From Octopus vulgaris (Eukaryota), in NCBI GenBank assembly GCA_951406725.2, contig OX597822.1, positions 2,790,001 through 2,854,000 of the forward strand: DNA of 64,000 bases, given 5' to 3'. The notes beneath the pieces were generated by a model. It was not told the DNA's origin. It did no database searches and saw only the letters and a program-made list of their open reading frames with translations. Position numbers and translations under genes: made by a program. Shown in pieces: positions 39,887 through 53,929 of this stretch (the stretch's first letter is position 1; each line of letters begins with the position of its first letter).

Positions 39887-40083
39887 TGTTGCATGAAGTA
39901 GAGTAGCCCAATACGTAGATATAGAGGGAGAAGTTTAGAGCAGAGACTAGAACAGAGTGAGTAAAGAGAAGTAGAGTAGCGTTTGGTGCAGGGTTGAGTA
40001 GCGGTCATTCGAACGTGCGACATAACAGTGGCGACGAGGATTTCGCAGCTCACGCAGCCACTGTGTTGTATTGCGATATAACA
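39887..40083 (+). mobile_element. Miniature LTR-retrotransposon relic (LTR, tRNA-Ser PBS, second LTR-like end)
   Basis: TGTT...AACA ends, 5-bp TSD caaaa. An internal LTR end gcgacataaca (40027) is followed by TGGCGACGAGGAT (40029-40041). Confidence 0.8.
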
Positions 40084-40394
40084 CAAAATGACCAAACCAC
40101 AAGTTTTCACTTAAATACAAAGCCGAAAGCGGGCAAATGAATAAAAATCCTAAAACCCCGGACGAACGACGAAAATAATCGAAAATTGAATAATCCAGAC
40201 ATACCCGTATCGCCGTGATATCGAACTTTAAGCAAAACTTTTAGTTCATCTTCAGCGAGTCTTACTGACGCCAGGGTTATGGAGATTATTCATCTCACCA
40301 ATGTGTACGATGACTGTTTTTAATGCCGCAGCAAATTTTGAAAAGGTTATCGAAGTGAATAAAACTTATTTAAATATATCTGAGGATATCATTG

Positions 40395-40816
40395 GAATCT
40401 TTTCGGTTTGAACGGCAGTTTTTTCTAGCGGTGTCATATGAAATTTCCACCCATAGTTATGACCCTAGTATCGATCTATTGCATTTTAATCTGTTTTAGG
40501 GTTAGACTTAGGGTTAGGGGTGGGGGAAGGGTACCTATTTTTCTTCACAAATGTAAATAAACCCAATCTGTTTCTTAAACGAGGGACATATTCATACGGC
40601 ACAGAATGTTTTCACCTCAATAGACGTCATTGAGTGGTTGAAAATGCAGAAATAGAAGAATAAAAAACAACAAATATCTTACAAGCCATAGAATTTTCTC
40701 AATAAAGCCAAGAGAAAAAGATGTTTTATAAACACCTTCTACCAGTATACGAAGTTTAAAAGTGTTTAGTTACGTGGATTAATTTTTAAAAACTGCCGTT
40801 CAAACCGAAAAGATCC
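40395..40816. mobile_element. Merlin-like MITE copy 2 (opposite orientation to 13663-14101)
   Basis: Same TIRs, perfect 8-bp TSD tatcattg (40387-40394 and 40817-40824), internal ttagggttag tract. Confidence 0.9.
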
Positions 40817-41581
40817 TATCATTGTTTATAATAATATCGATGGTTAAGCATGAACTAAGAGTTGCTTTTTTTCTCAAAGTTCGATATCACGGTGATACAG
40901 GTATATCCGACTTTTTCGGTTTTCGATTATTTTCGTCATTGGTACGGGCTTTTAGGAATTTTATTCATTTGCCCGCTTTAACCTTTGTGTTTAATTGAAA
41001 ACTTGCGGTTTGGTCATTTTGACTGCTGTATTTAGCATGCCCGTACTGCTATTGTTATAAATAATAATATCCTCATACATGTGTATATATATATAATATA
41101 ACTAATATATAAATATATGCATATATACATACATATATGTACATACCTACATATATATGTATATATACATGCATATATGGGTAGATGACATCAAAACAAC
41201 GTTGAACACAATGAGAAACGAAAGCATAAAAATAAAAACATAGAAACGAACTTTTTTTCGAACAACGAAAAAGAGAAACCAGACATACAACATAAAGAAT
41301 ATTCTCCTTCTTCTGTTGTCCCTATTTCATCTACTCCACGTTTTCGAAGGCAAGGACAAAACACGACTTCATTGAAACAGTCCTTCCCGCTAAGCAGATT
41401 AAATAAAATTTGAAATTGTTTGCGGAGTGTGAAAGTGGTAACAAGAACAGGACAGTGAGAACAAAACAGTAAAAACAAACGGTGAGGGTTGTTAAGTCAA
41501 GACGATAGAAAAATTATTCTGAACGCTAGGAAGACGAACTTATGAGAGGAGACAGTATATGCACGTTTATATATATATATA

Positions 41582-42139
41582 TCTTTTATCTTTATCTTTT
41601 ACTTCTTCCTGTCATTAGACTGCGGCCATGCTGGGACACCACCTTGAGGAATTTTAGTCAAATGAATCGTCACTAGTAATTGTTTCTTAAAGCCTGGTAC
41701 TTATTCTATCGGTCTCTTCTGCAGAATCGCTAAGTTACGGGGACGTAAACAGAACATCACCAGTTGTCAAGCAGTGGTGAGATATAAAACTTAGACACAG
41801 ACACACGTGTATGTACAGGATCACTCCGTCGGTTACGACGACGAGCGTCCCACCTGATACGATCAACGGAACAGCTTGCTAGCGAAATTAACGTGCAAGT
41901 GGCTGAGAACACGACAGCACCTGTACCCTAAAGTAGTTGTCAGGGAGATTCAGCGTGACACAGAGTGTGACAAGGCTGGCCCTTCAAAATACAGGAACTA
42001 CTCATTTTTGCCAGCTGATTGGACTGGGGCAGCGTGAAATTTGGCACCTTGCTCAAGGACACAACGCGTCGCCGGGAACTGAACTCACGACCTTACGCTC
42101 GTGAGCCGAATGTTCTGACCACTAAGCCACGTGCCTTCA
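41582..42139 (-). mobile_element. SINE A 3' half (41582-41800) and CORE-type SINE with tail type 2 (41822-42139)
   Basis: Homology to 6750-6950 and to 11390-11563. Confidence 0.8.
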
Positions 42140-42178
42140 CTGTATGTGTGAGTATGTATATATATATATACATAAATG

Positions 42179-42418
42179 AGAAAAAAACCCACCTTTTATC
42201 AATTCAAAATGAACAATTAAATTACACCATCTAGAAAATTACATATAATAGAAATATTAAAATTAAAATAACAATAATATACCAATGATTAAGTAAATTG
42301 CAAAAGAAATAAAAACGTATATAATTGGTATTTTAATTTTAATATTTCTATTATATGTAATTTTCTAGATGCTGTAATTTAATTGTTCATTTTGAATTGA
42401 TAAAAGGTGTTTTTTTCT
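42179..42418. repeat. Near-perfect AT-rich inverted repeat (about 90-bp arms, about 58-bp spacer)
   Basis: 42179-42270 is the reverse complement of 42329-42418 with few mismatches. Confidence 0.9.
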
Positions 42419-42440
42419 AATTTATATATATATATATATA

Positions 42441-43382
42441 GTCCTTCATCCTTTCACCCCTACTCCCCTTCCCTTCTTCCCTCTTTCTCCCTCCCTCCTT
42501 CCCTCTTCCCCTTCCCTCTGCTCCCTCACTCCCCTTCTCTCTCCTCCTCTCCCTCTTTCCTCCTCCCTCCTCATTCCCTTCCTTCTCCCCCCTCCTCTCC
42601 CCCTCTCCTCCCCCTCTTCTCCCCCTCCCCTCCTCTCCTCTCTCCACACTACACCACACGACTTTACACATCACATCATATATGATGTGCCATACTAATA
42701 CATACACCAACTAATACATACTAATACGTACTAATACATACTAATACATACTAATACATACTAATACATACACCAACCCTATACATACACACGTCCAGAC
42801 CTCTCATACGCACTTATACTCTCTCATACACACACACACACTTATACATACTAATACGTACTAATACATACTAATACATACTAATACATACACCAACCCC
42901 ATACATACGCACGTCCAGACCTATCATACGCATTAATACTCTCTCATACACACACACACACACCCACACACACCCTTATACATACTAATACATACTAATA
43001 CATACACCAACCCTATACATACACACGTCCAGACCTCTCCTACGCACTAATAGCTGGTCATTCAACCCTATTATCAACCCTATTATCAACCCTATTATCA
43101 ACCCTATTATCTCCCCTTATTTCGCTCTCGCGTCTCATGTTTGATCTTTGACCTCTGGCCGAAATCAGATCGCCATGTTGATTCGTTAGTTACTGCACGC
43201 ATTTTTTTCTCTCCTTCTTTCTGTGTTTTTTTCTCTCTGTGTATCTTTCTGTTGAAGAGCGTAGGCTCGAAACGTTAAAGACTTGTTTTATTTATATTTC
43301 CTGAGCGCCATACTAATACAATTGTTTGTTTGTTTCCCACCTGCCTTCGTCTTTTGTCTATTTTCATAAAGCTTCCCGTTAT
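42441..43382 (+). mobile_element. Long hammerhead family E element with pyrimidine tract and minisatellites (core at 43244-43281)
   Basis: tcttt CTGTTGA a GAGC-gtag-GCTC GAAAC GTT aaaga. The upstream acacgtccagacc motif is shared in reverse with 47765-47790. Confidence 0.7.
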
Positions 43383-43383
43383 A

Positions 43384-43442
<59 letters not shown>

Positions 43443-44711
43443 CATTGTGTGAAATTTGATTTAGTATTTCTAAATTGAATTTTTCTCTGTAAGTTAGGAT
43501 TAATATTCACTCAAATAATAATTATTATTATATATATATATTGGAGGTTCCCTGTGTCAAAAAATATTATTCGTAGCAGACGTTTCCTCGACATCTTTTA
43601 CACGCGCCTGACTCGGGCTCAGAAATTACTGCCCGAGTTGTTATCTCTAATCGTAAAAATTGAAAGTAATTCAAACGCAATGTTTTCTCGAAACAGTAAA
43701 TTTCTATAGAGATTAGGATTTAAATTCCAGTCTATGCAAAGTTTCTGTTCTACAATACTCTTAAAGGAACGAAAAATTATCCATCAACTCGAGCTAATAC
43801 GAACGTGCCTGGTAGGTGTAAAAGATTAACTCGTATCTCTTGTCACGAGTACAAGTGACACTCATATCGTTGATGCTTGTTCTGCACTCCGCTGTTGTTA
43901 TTTGATTGCTGTTATTCCGTGCGTCTGTCTGTGAAGATCAATTGGGTTTTGCAGGGTTATCTTATTTTTATCTTAACGTAGAAATGGAGAAAGACATAGT
44001 GCTACATATTGTTGCTTTTGGAAATTTCGTCAACTTAACAATTTGATTGGCAGTGCCCGGCGTGTACCAAAACAACAACGGTAGAAAGATTCTGTCGTTC
44101 CATGACTTTCTTTTAACGAATCAGTTCGCTATTTACTTGAAAAATAAAGAGGATGATTAGAATTTTAAGCAAGCAAGGATTTGGAAAAAATTAAATGTTA
44201 AACCCACTAAGTCAGCTGCTTAAAATTGGTCTCAGTTTATCTGAAAGACCGTGTATATATATTACAGATAATCTCCCACGCTTAACATATCAATGAAATT
44301 GAATTATTGAATTTATGGTCAAATTCGTTTCAGGTACTGCAATGGTCTAAGGATATTAGGCATACGAATTTTAAAAAATACTGGGTTCACACAAATAGAT
44401 ATCTCCAGCTGCCATGCATCTATCAACCTTTTCCCAATAAATAAGGTACTCATTTTTACGAGGAAAAACTCTAAACTAAGAACGAAGTCGACATTGTATT
44501 AGAAGTTAGGAAATCAATTATCGAATATGAATATCAGAGTAAACTTTGGACTTGGAAGGAAAGGCCAAGCAACTTTAATATCACTATGGGCTTGAGTGAG
44601 TCCCTCTCAGCTGAAGTATTAGGAGGATATATATATATATATATAAGAATTTTTGTGTTATACGATAAAAAAACAAGGCTGTGTAGACATAAGAGCATTT
44701 ATAGACAGAAG

Positions 44712-44763
44712 GTACTACAGCTATTTCTAGAATATTTATTAATTATATCCTTTCATCAGAGAC
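44712..44763 (-). ncRNA. Type I hammerhead motif (partly decayed)
   Basis: Minus strand: gtct CTGATGA a aggatat-...-atattct a GAAA tagct GTA gtac. Stem I is imperfect. Confidence 0.55.
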
Positions 44764-45073
44764 GATGTGAGAGGATGGTTAAGTCATAGATATATTCATA
44801 CATATATATATACATACATACATATATTAGATTTATATTTAATGTAGGATAAAATTTTTTCGAAATAAAAAATATTATCAATGGCCAGCATATTAAAAAA
44901 TACCTTTAAAGGCTAAATTTATAAACAACTCATAAATAAGCGCAAACGAAAAACAATTCTAATGCCAAATATGCCGAAATTAGACACATTGTCCTCACCC
45001 ATATAATTTTTCACAACACGCGCGCTACTCGAAAAAGGTCGAAAGAAATTTCTAAAAAATTCCATTATTACCA

Positions 45074-45126
45074 TATCGGACCGATTTCAGCGTTAGTTCA
45101 TAAGAACCCTCCCTTCGTCAGTGATA
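45074..45126 (-). ncRNA. Type I hammerhead motif in a Penelope-like fragment (about 44840-45250)
   Basis: Minus strand: tatca CTGACGA ag..gttc-ttat-gaac..ct GAAA tcg GTC cgata. Confidence 0.6.
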
Positions 45127-45944
45127 AATGCGGCAAAGAAATAAATGAAATACTTACTCATACACATGGAAGAAGCAAACACTGAGTCATGAGCACAATT
45201 AAGTACCCCAAATACATCCAAAATTCTCCAGCCCATTCGAGAGACGTGCGATTATATATATATATTATATATATATAATGTATCTATGCAACAGGGTTCT
45301 GCACTTTTTCTGTCGGCCAGACATCACTAAGATCTAGTTGGTCAACTAGAGATTATAGTAAAAAGACAAAAAAAAACTCGTGCTGCGTGGTTTGATCAGA
45401 CGTAAATCCTTGAAGCTGCGAAAAGAACTTCGTTCTTATCGAACACACTAAAGTTATTTTTGTTCCATTCCATATTCTTATTATGGATATTTCATTCCGT
45501 ATCAGATTTTGTCCGCTTGTAAAGAAAATAAAATAAACAACAATAACGGATTATTGCAAAATTTGATTATTTATAATCTTCCAAATACTGTTGCTGTAGT
45601 TGTTGTTGCTTTTGTTGTTGGAATGGCAGGAAAGTCTGCGCACCGGAAGCTCTGTATATTCAGAATTCAATTTTCCTATTAATACTTGCTGCGGCCGACA
45701 TAATCTCTGAACTCCCGTCCTTCAAAATGGCCGGACCTGTGATTAAATCAGAAAGCAATACAAGTGGATTAGCAGATTAGTTAAGTCCTCGAAAATGCCT
45801 TGGAGCATTTTGTTCAAAATCTTTACGATCTGAGTTCAAGTCTCACCGGGATCAGTCGATCAGACAGGGAGATATGTATACAGATAGACAGACAAACAGA
45901 CTGACAGAGAGAGATATACGTACATATCTAGACACGTATCAATG

Positions 45945-46416
45945 TATATATGTATGCATGTATGTATGCATGTATGTATGTATGTATGTATGTATGTATG
46001 TATGTATGTATGTATGTATGTGTGTATGTATGTATGTATGTATGTGTGTATGTATGTATGTGTGTATGTATGTATGTATGTATGTATGTATGTGTGTATG
46101 TATGTGTGCATGTATGTATGTATATATGTATGAATGTATGTTTGTATGTATGTATGTATGTATGTGTGTATGTATGTATGTATATATGTATGAATGTATG
46201 TTTGTATGTATGTGTGTATGTATGTGTGTATGTATGTATGTGTGCATGTATGTATGTATATATGTATGAATGTATGTTTGTATGTATGTATGTATGTGTG
46301 TATGTGTGTGTATGTATGTGTGTGTGTGTATGTATGTATGTATGTATGTATGTATGAATGTATGTATGTATGTATGTGTGTGTGTATGTATGTATATATG
46401 TATGTATGTATGTATG

Positions 46417-46450
<34 letters not shown>

Positions 46451-46656
46451 TGTATGTATGTATGTATGTATGTGTGTGTGTATGTATGTATGTATGTATG
46501 TATGTATGCATGTATTTATGCATGTATGTATGTACGTATGTATGTATGTATGTATGTATGCATGCATGCGTCTGTGTATGTATGTTTGCATGCATGTATG
46601 AATGTATGTGTATACATATGTATATATATATATATGTATGCATGCATGCATGTCTA

Positions 46657-46697
<41 letters not shown>

Positions 46698-46705
46698 ATG
46701 TATGT
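45945..46705. repeat. (TATG)n and (TCTG)n microsatellite
   Basis: Direct reading. Confidence 0.96.
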
Positions 46706-46989
46706 ATACCTACTTATTCTTGTATTCTATGTTTTTACGTAGATATTCTCCTTTCACCAGCGATATTCTCCTTTAAACAATGCGATACGCTCCTCTCACT
46801 AGCTTTCAACAAATAGTTACAATTATATCGGCTCCCATATCTCTCTGTTAAATGGGAATACCCAGTTTGTGTTTGCCCATACAGTAATACACCGTTTATT
46901 TCATCCTTTATTTCAGCATCTCTTCAACCAAAATGACCGCATCTACAACGACTCCAGCCATAGAGAACCTAATTTCTTGTACGACTTTT

Positions 46990-47436
46990 ACCTTTTACTT
47001 GTTTCAGTCTTTAGGCTGCGGTCATGCCGTAGCACTACCTTGAAGAATCTTTAGTCGAAAGCATCAATCCAGTCCTTTTTTGCTTTTAAAACCTGGTACT
47101 TATTCTATAGGGCTGTTTTGCCGAATCGCTAACATACGGGACTTAAACACGCCAGCACCGGTTGGCAAACGGTGGTGGTGGGGTGCAGTTGAGTGGGACA
47201 AGCACAGACACAAAGACACACGTACACACACGCATACATACTTACATACATACATATATATAAATACATATATAAATATATATATGTATGTATCTTTTAT
47301 CTTTTATCTTTTACTTGTTTCAGTCATTTGACTGCGGCCATGCTGGAGCACCGCCTTTAGTCGAGCAAATCGACCCCGGGACTTATTCTTTGTAAGCCCA
47401 GTACTTATTCTCTCGGTCTCTTTTGCCGAACCGCTA
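46990..47436 (-). mobile_element. Two SINE family A 3' halves
   Basis: cttttacttgtttcagtc...gccgaa homology. Confidence 0.8.
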
Positions 47437-47487
47437 TGTATATTTATATATAATATATATATATGTTATGTATATATAATATATATA

Positions 47488-48710
47488 TAGGAAGAGTTTA
47501 CGAAAAAAACAAAAGACGAAGACAGGTGGTGTACAAAACAAGCAGATGTATTAGTATAACGCTCAGGAATAGAAAAAGTCATTTACGTTTCGAGCCTACG
47601 CTCTTCTACAGAAGTGACTAACGATCTATCATGGCGTCTGACTCGGACAGAAGGGTCACACACGAGAAGGAAAGTAGGGGAGATAACAAAGTAAAGATGA
47701 CCCCCAACACGAAGGTGCGTGCGTGTATAAGAGAGTATGTATGTGCGTGTGAAAGAGGGCTGGTGGTCTGGACGTGTGCGTGTATGTATGGCTGAGGGTT
47801 GGGGTTTTGTGGGTAGGCAGAGGGTGGGGGTAGAGGTGGGGTATGTGGAGGAGGGTGTGTGGGATGGGATGGGGGGATGGGAAGGATAGGGAAGGTGGAG
47901 TAGGAATGTTTAGGGGTGGCTGGGCTTATGGGGGAGGGGAAGGTGGGTATGTGAGGAGAGAGAGGAGGAGAGAAGAGAGAAAGAGAGTAAGAGAGAAGAG
48001 AGAATGAGAGGGTGAAAGTGTAGGAAAGAAGAGAGAAAAAGTGTAAGAGGGAAGAGGGAAAGATGTATGTAAGTTCAGTATATAGTGAAAATAATTAAAG
48101 GGCGGGCAGCAGGCTTTGACTGCCATGTTTTTGGAAAAAACAGTCTTTGACTGCCATTTCTAATTCCTCCGGCATGCGGCGAGGCAGCCTGCTGCCCGCC
48201 CTTTAATTATTTTCACTATATACTGAACTTTCCAGAAGTTCCTGACGATGAATTTGTCATATTTACATACCGGAATTTTACCGGTAAATAATTGTTGGTT
48301 ATATGAAAAACTACTGAAAAATTATTTACCATTTTTATTGTATTACCATGTGGACTTCTTATTCCATTGCGATCGGCCAGGCGCGCACACGGCAGAATTT
48401 TTGGAGGGAGAATTTACGTTCTCAGTCATTACTTAGTTTTAACATATGCACACCTCCCCCCACTATCTGATGTCGCTTGGTCAGAAGTGAGGGCTTGTGG
48501 CATTTGCTAAATCTATCAAATATGGTGTTGATAAAGGAAATCAAGCTATTTTCGTGCTTGTGATCTAGAAACATGTTCATCATTAACGGTAAGAGATTGG
48601 TTTCGTTTATTTGCTACTCCGTTTTTTGCGTATGTGAATCGCAGGGTTCGTCGTATTTGGAAAATCCACTTATAGAAAATGGAAAAAAACAGTCTTTGAC
48701 TGCCATTTTT
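47488..48710. mobile_element. Rearranged Penelope-like element: family E end (minus, core 47582-47613), inverted repeat, possible GIY-YIG C-terminal remnant, decayed hammerhead (48524-48581)
   Basis: Perfect 45-bp inverted repeat (48071-48115 and 48186-48230) and 27-bp direct repeat (48133, 48681). Plus-frame ARTRQNFWRENLRSQSLLSFN resembles the PLE terminal RExFWIxxLxTxxPxGLN motif. Confidence 0.55.
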
Positions 48711-49040
48711 ATTATATATATATATATAAATTTAGAGATGGTAGACCCCTATGAATTACTCACACCTTATTTCCTGCAACTTTAAACTATTATTTTATTA
48801 ACATATTGTCTAAATAGTAAAACATGGTTCACGAAACTCCTAAAATGAATCATGAATTTTATCGTATAATATTATAATCTAATCACACACGAGTTATTAT
48901 TCACCCCCCCACCATCTAATGGTAATTTTATTCATATTAAATAATTATATAATTATAGTATTATATATATATACTCAAAATATATATATGTATATATATA
49001 CTCAAAATGTAGTTTAAAATACATTAAAAATGTATGGGTA

Positions 49041-49093
<53 letters not shown>

Positions 49094-49094
<1 letters not shown>

Positions 49095-49795
49095 TAGCTG
49101 AAGTACCCGGTAAAAATTTGCCGTTAATAATATGTCTGTCTATAACCGTACAACATGTTTCGTCAACTTTCGACATTTTTCAAAAAATTTTAAATCTATC
49201 TTAATGAGTAGGATCAATCTGACGCAAAAATGAGCCGAGTCTGTTAGCAAACCCGTGTCGTCATCATTTTTTTGCATGTACATAAAATGGCGAAATGTTA
49301 CGCTTTGGGGCGGATTTCGCCGAACTGATGTCACGATGGCTGGTGTGCAAAAAGCTTAAATTTTGCTTGGTATATAAAATGCTCTTACCTAATAATACCT
49401 GAAATGCTGGGGAACTAAAACAACGAATTAAAGTGATAATATTTAGCAAATCAAAACAATTCGCATTGAAATGAAGAATTAGCAAATATGCTAAATAGAT
49501 TACCGTTACTAAGGTGTCTGTTTATACCCATGAAACATTTTTCATCAAAATTCAGTATTTTTCGTCAAACGGATGTCACGGTGGCTAGTGCCAAAAATGC
49601 CGAAATTTTACGACTTTTGAGAAATCGATGCCGATTAAAAATCGATTTGTTTTAAAATTCCAAGTGCGTAAGTGACTGCATGGGCTTAAACCCCAGACAT
49701 GTGTCAAGTTTCATTCAGGTCTGTTGGATAGGCTCAGAGAAGTTATAGTAACAAATTCACAAACACACTTGCTTGCCATTTATTATTATTATTAT
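49094..49795 (-). mobile_element. Non-autonomous Helitron-like element
   Basis: Minus-strand 3' end accgggtacttcagctag is nearly identical to 14695-14711. Confidence 0.5.
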
Positions 49796-49880
49796 TATTG
49801 TTGTTGTTGCTGTTGTTGTTTTTGTTGTTGTCGTCGTCGTCGTCGTTATTATTATTATTATTATTATTATTATTGATTAT

Positions 49881-50481
49881 TGCCTTTGCACAGCTTCTAA
49901 CGCTGGAGATGTACAGTGTCAACTGTTCACTGCCAGTGAACAAAGGTAACACCCCTTATTTTTCGATCACCTTCCGGAGTATTTGAGCGGTTCCAAGCAG
50001 TGCTGTTTTCTGCAAGTGCTCCACCCTTATTGCAGCCCCTATTTCTTCCATGTACTTCTCGAGATTTTTACTCACTGTTCCCATGACTCCGACAATTATT
50101 GGTACCACTATCACCTTTTTCATCGACCACAACTGTTTACCTCCCAAGCTAACCTGTCATATCTATCGACTTTTCTTTCTTCCTTATCGCATACCTTATT
50201 GTCATCTGGGCATGCTATATCTATGATCCAGCATTGTTTGCTTTCTTTCTCAATTAAGACTATGTCTAGCTTCCTATTATCTATCTCATGGTCGCTCTGA
50301 ATCATAAAATCTCACAGGATCATTGCATTATCATTTTCGATGATGCCTTCGGGTTTGTGGTTGTACCAATTTTTTTCTCTGTCAAAACCATACTTGTTGC
50401 AAAGCGTCCAATGGACAAACCTTGCTATATTGTCGTGGCATCTCTTATATTCCTTCTGGGTTATTGGAGTATATTGGCTGG
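49881..50481 (-). mobile_element. R4/Dong-clade LINE 3' end (restriction-like endonuclease domain)
   Basis: YKRCHDNIARFVHWTLC..WYNHKPEGIIEND..IQSDHEIDNRKLDIVLI..IIDIACP..KVDRY..VVPIIVGVMG..LQKTALLGTAQILRKV. Frameshifted, and embedded in (TTA)n. Confidence 0.88.
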
Positions 50482-50512
50482 TTGTTGTTATTATTATTAT
50501 TATTATTATTAT

Positions 50513-50558
<46 letters not shown>

Positions 50559-50559
50559 T

Positions 50560-50985
50560 GCAAGATTGGCTGTGTGGTAAGAAGCTTAATTCCTAACCAC
50601 ATGGTTCCGCCTTCAGTGTCAATGCGTGTTACCTTGAGCAAGTGTCTTCGACTATAGCCTCGGGCCGTGCAAAACCTTGTGAGTGGATTTGATAGACGGT
50701 AACTGAAAAAAGCCCGTCGCATGTATATATGTATATGTATATGTATTTATATATGTATGTATGTATGTATGTATGCATGCATGTATCTGTGTGTCTGTGT
50801 TGTCCCCCACCGTCGCTTGACAACCGATGTTAGTGTGTTGACGTCACCATAACTTAGCAGTTCGATAAAATAACGTCCGATAGAATAAGTGCTAAACTTG
50901 CAAAAAATAAGCCGTGGGGTTGATTTGTTCGAATAAAGCGGTGCTCCAGTATGTCCGCAATCAAATAACCAAAGCAAATAAAAGA
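50560..50985 (+). mobile_element. SINE family A, full length
   Basis: Colinear homology with 6511-6950. Confidence 0.88.
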
Positions 50986-52027
50986 ATATATATATGTATA
51001 CACACATACAGATACATATATATACAAACATATATTCATACATACATACATACATACATACATACATACATACATACATACATACATACATACATACATA
51101 CATAAATACATATATACATACATATTAATTTCTATGCCTATAAATGCATGTATATGTGTGTGTCTGTTTGGATGTATGTCCGTATGAGTGTATGTGTGTT
51201 TTAAAATTGACCGATGATTCAGTCAGAATGAGAACATTAAAAGCATTCGACGGAGAGAGTTTTGCAGTTGACATATGCATGTCAAGTAGTCAGACCAGCT
51301 GCACATGTTCATGTATGCATGCAAACATGTAGGTTTTGCATGGGTGTAAAACTTGTAAACAAGTCTGTTGTCTGAGACAACGACTGGTCGTCTCAGGGGC
51401 AGTTACGAGGCGGGTGGAGATCAGGTGACTCATACAGACACACAGACACACACACACACATATACACACACACATACACACACACATAGTTACATTTACG
51501 TGCAAACGTGTACACACCTGCACAAATACGCACGTATACGAACACGCATATAGAGTCGCAAGCAGACTCGTACGCAAACACAAGCACACACACACACACA
51601 CACATACACATATATACACAATTACCACACGTACCCGACACGCATACACATACATACAGACACGCACATTCATACAATGTATATGCTGTCAGTGATACGG
51701 TTCCTATACACAGACACACACACACACACATGCATACGGATGCACAAACACACACACGCAAACGAACAAAAACATAGAAAAGCACAAGCGCACGCGAACA
51801 CACGCATACAGCCACATGTACATATGCAATGCGTAGACACTCAGCGATTTACATGTACACATACACATGCCTGAATACGCACACACACACACAAACACAA
51901 ACACAAACACAGAGAGAGAGAGAGAGAGGCAAACAGATATGTATCTACAAATACATACAAAATAATATCCCTACATATTGATGATCTGTGCACGTTTCAA
52001 CTGAATAAAGTTTGTCTCGTGCACACA

Positions 52028-53194
<1,167 letters not shown>

Positions 53195-53374
53195 TTTATC
53201 GGTCATTTGACTGCGGCCATGCTGGAGCACCTCCTTTAGTCGAGCAAATCGACCCACTTTACTTATTCTTTGTAAGCCTAGTACTTAATTGTGCCGAACC
53301 GCTAAGTTACGGGGACGTAAGCACACCAGCATCGGTTCTCAAGCGGTGTTAGGGGGACAAATACAGACACACAA

Positions 53375-53469
<95 letters not shown>

Positions 53470-53929
53470 CACACACACACATCGAATAGATATGGTTGTC
53501 AAGTAGAATAAAATAGAAATCAAAGGGGCCCATAAAAAAATGATTGAGAGCCACTGCTCTAAGCATAGGCTCAAGGCAAGGAATTACCGCGGAAAGTGAA
53601 CAGTTAATTGCATCGATCTCATGACTTAACTGGTTCTTTGATTTATCGCTCTGAGTAAAATGAAAGCCAAATCGAGGCCTCGGCGGGAATTGTACTCAAA
53701 GCGAAACAAAAACCCTGAAGATATAGAACAATGTATTTTGTTGAACGCTCTGTCTAGTTTGTAAATCTTCTTTAGCAATAACACAGGCTCACAAACATTG
53801 CTGAAGAGTACGGACGTCGATTTTTGCTCGTATTTTATATGCCCCGAATGAGTGAATAGCTAAACCGACCATATTGAGTTTTGAACCCAGAAAATAGAAA
53901 TAATTACGGTAAAAAAACATAGGCCATAT

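Larger units (their letters stand above)
39853..41050. mobile_element. Long-TIR (about 180 bp) non-autonomous DNA transposon hosting two nested insertions
   Basis: Left arm 39853-39886 plus 40089-40230 is the inverted copy of the right arm 40875-41050. Confidence 0.8.
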
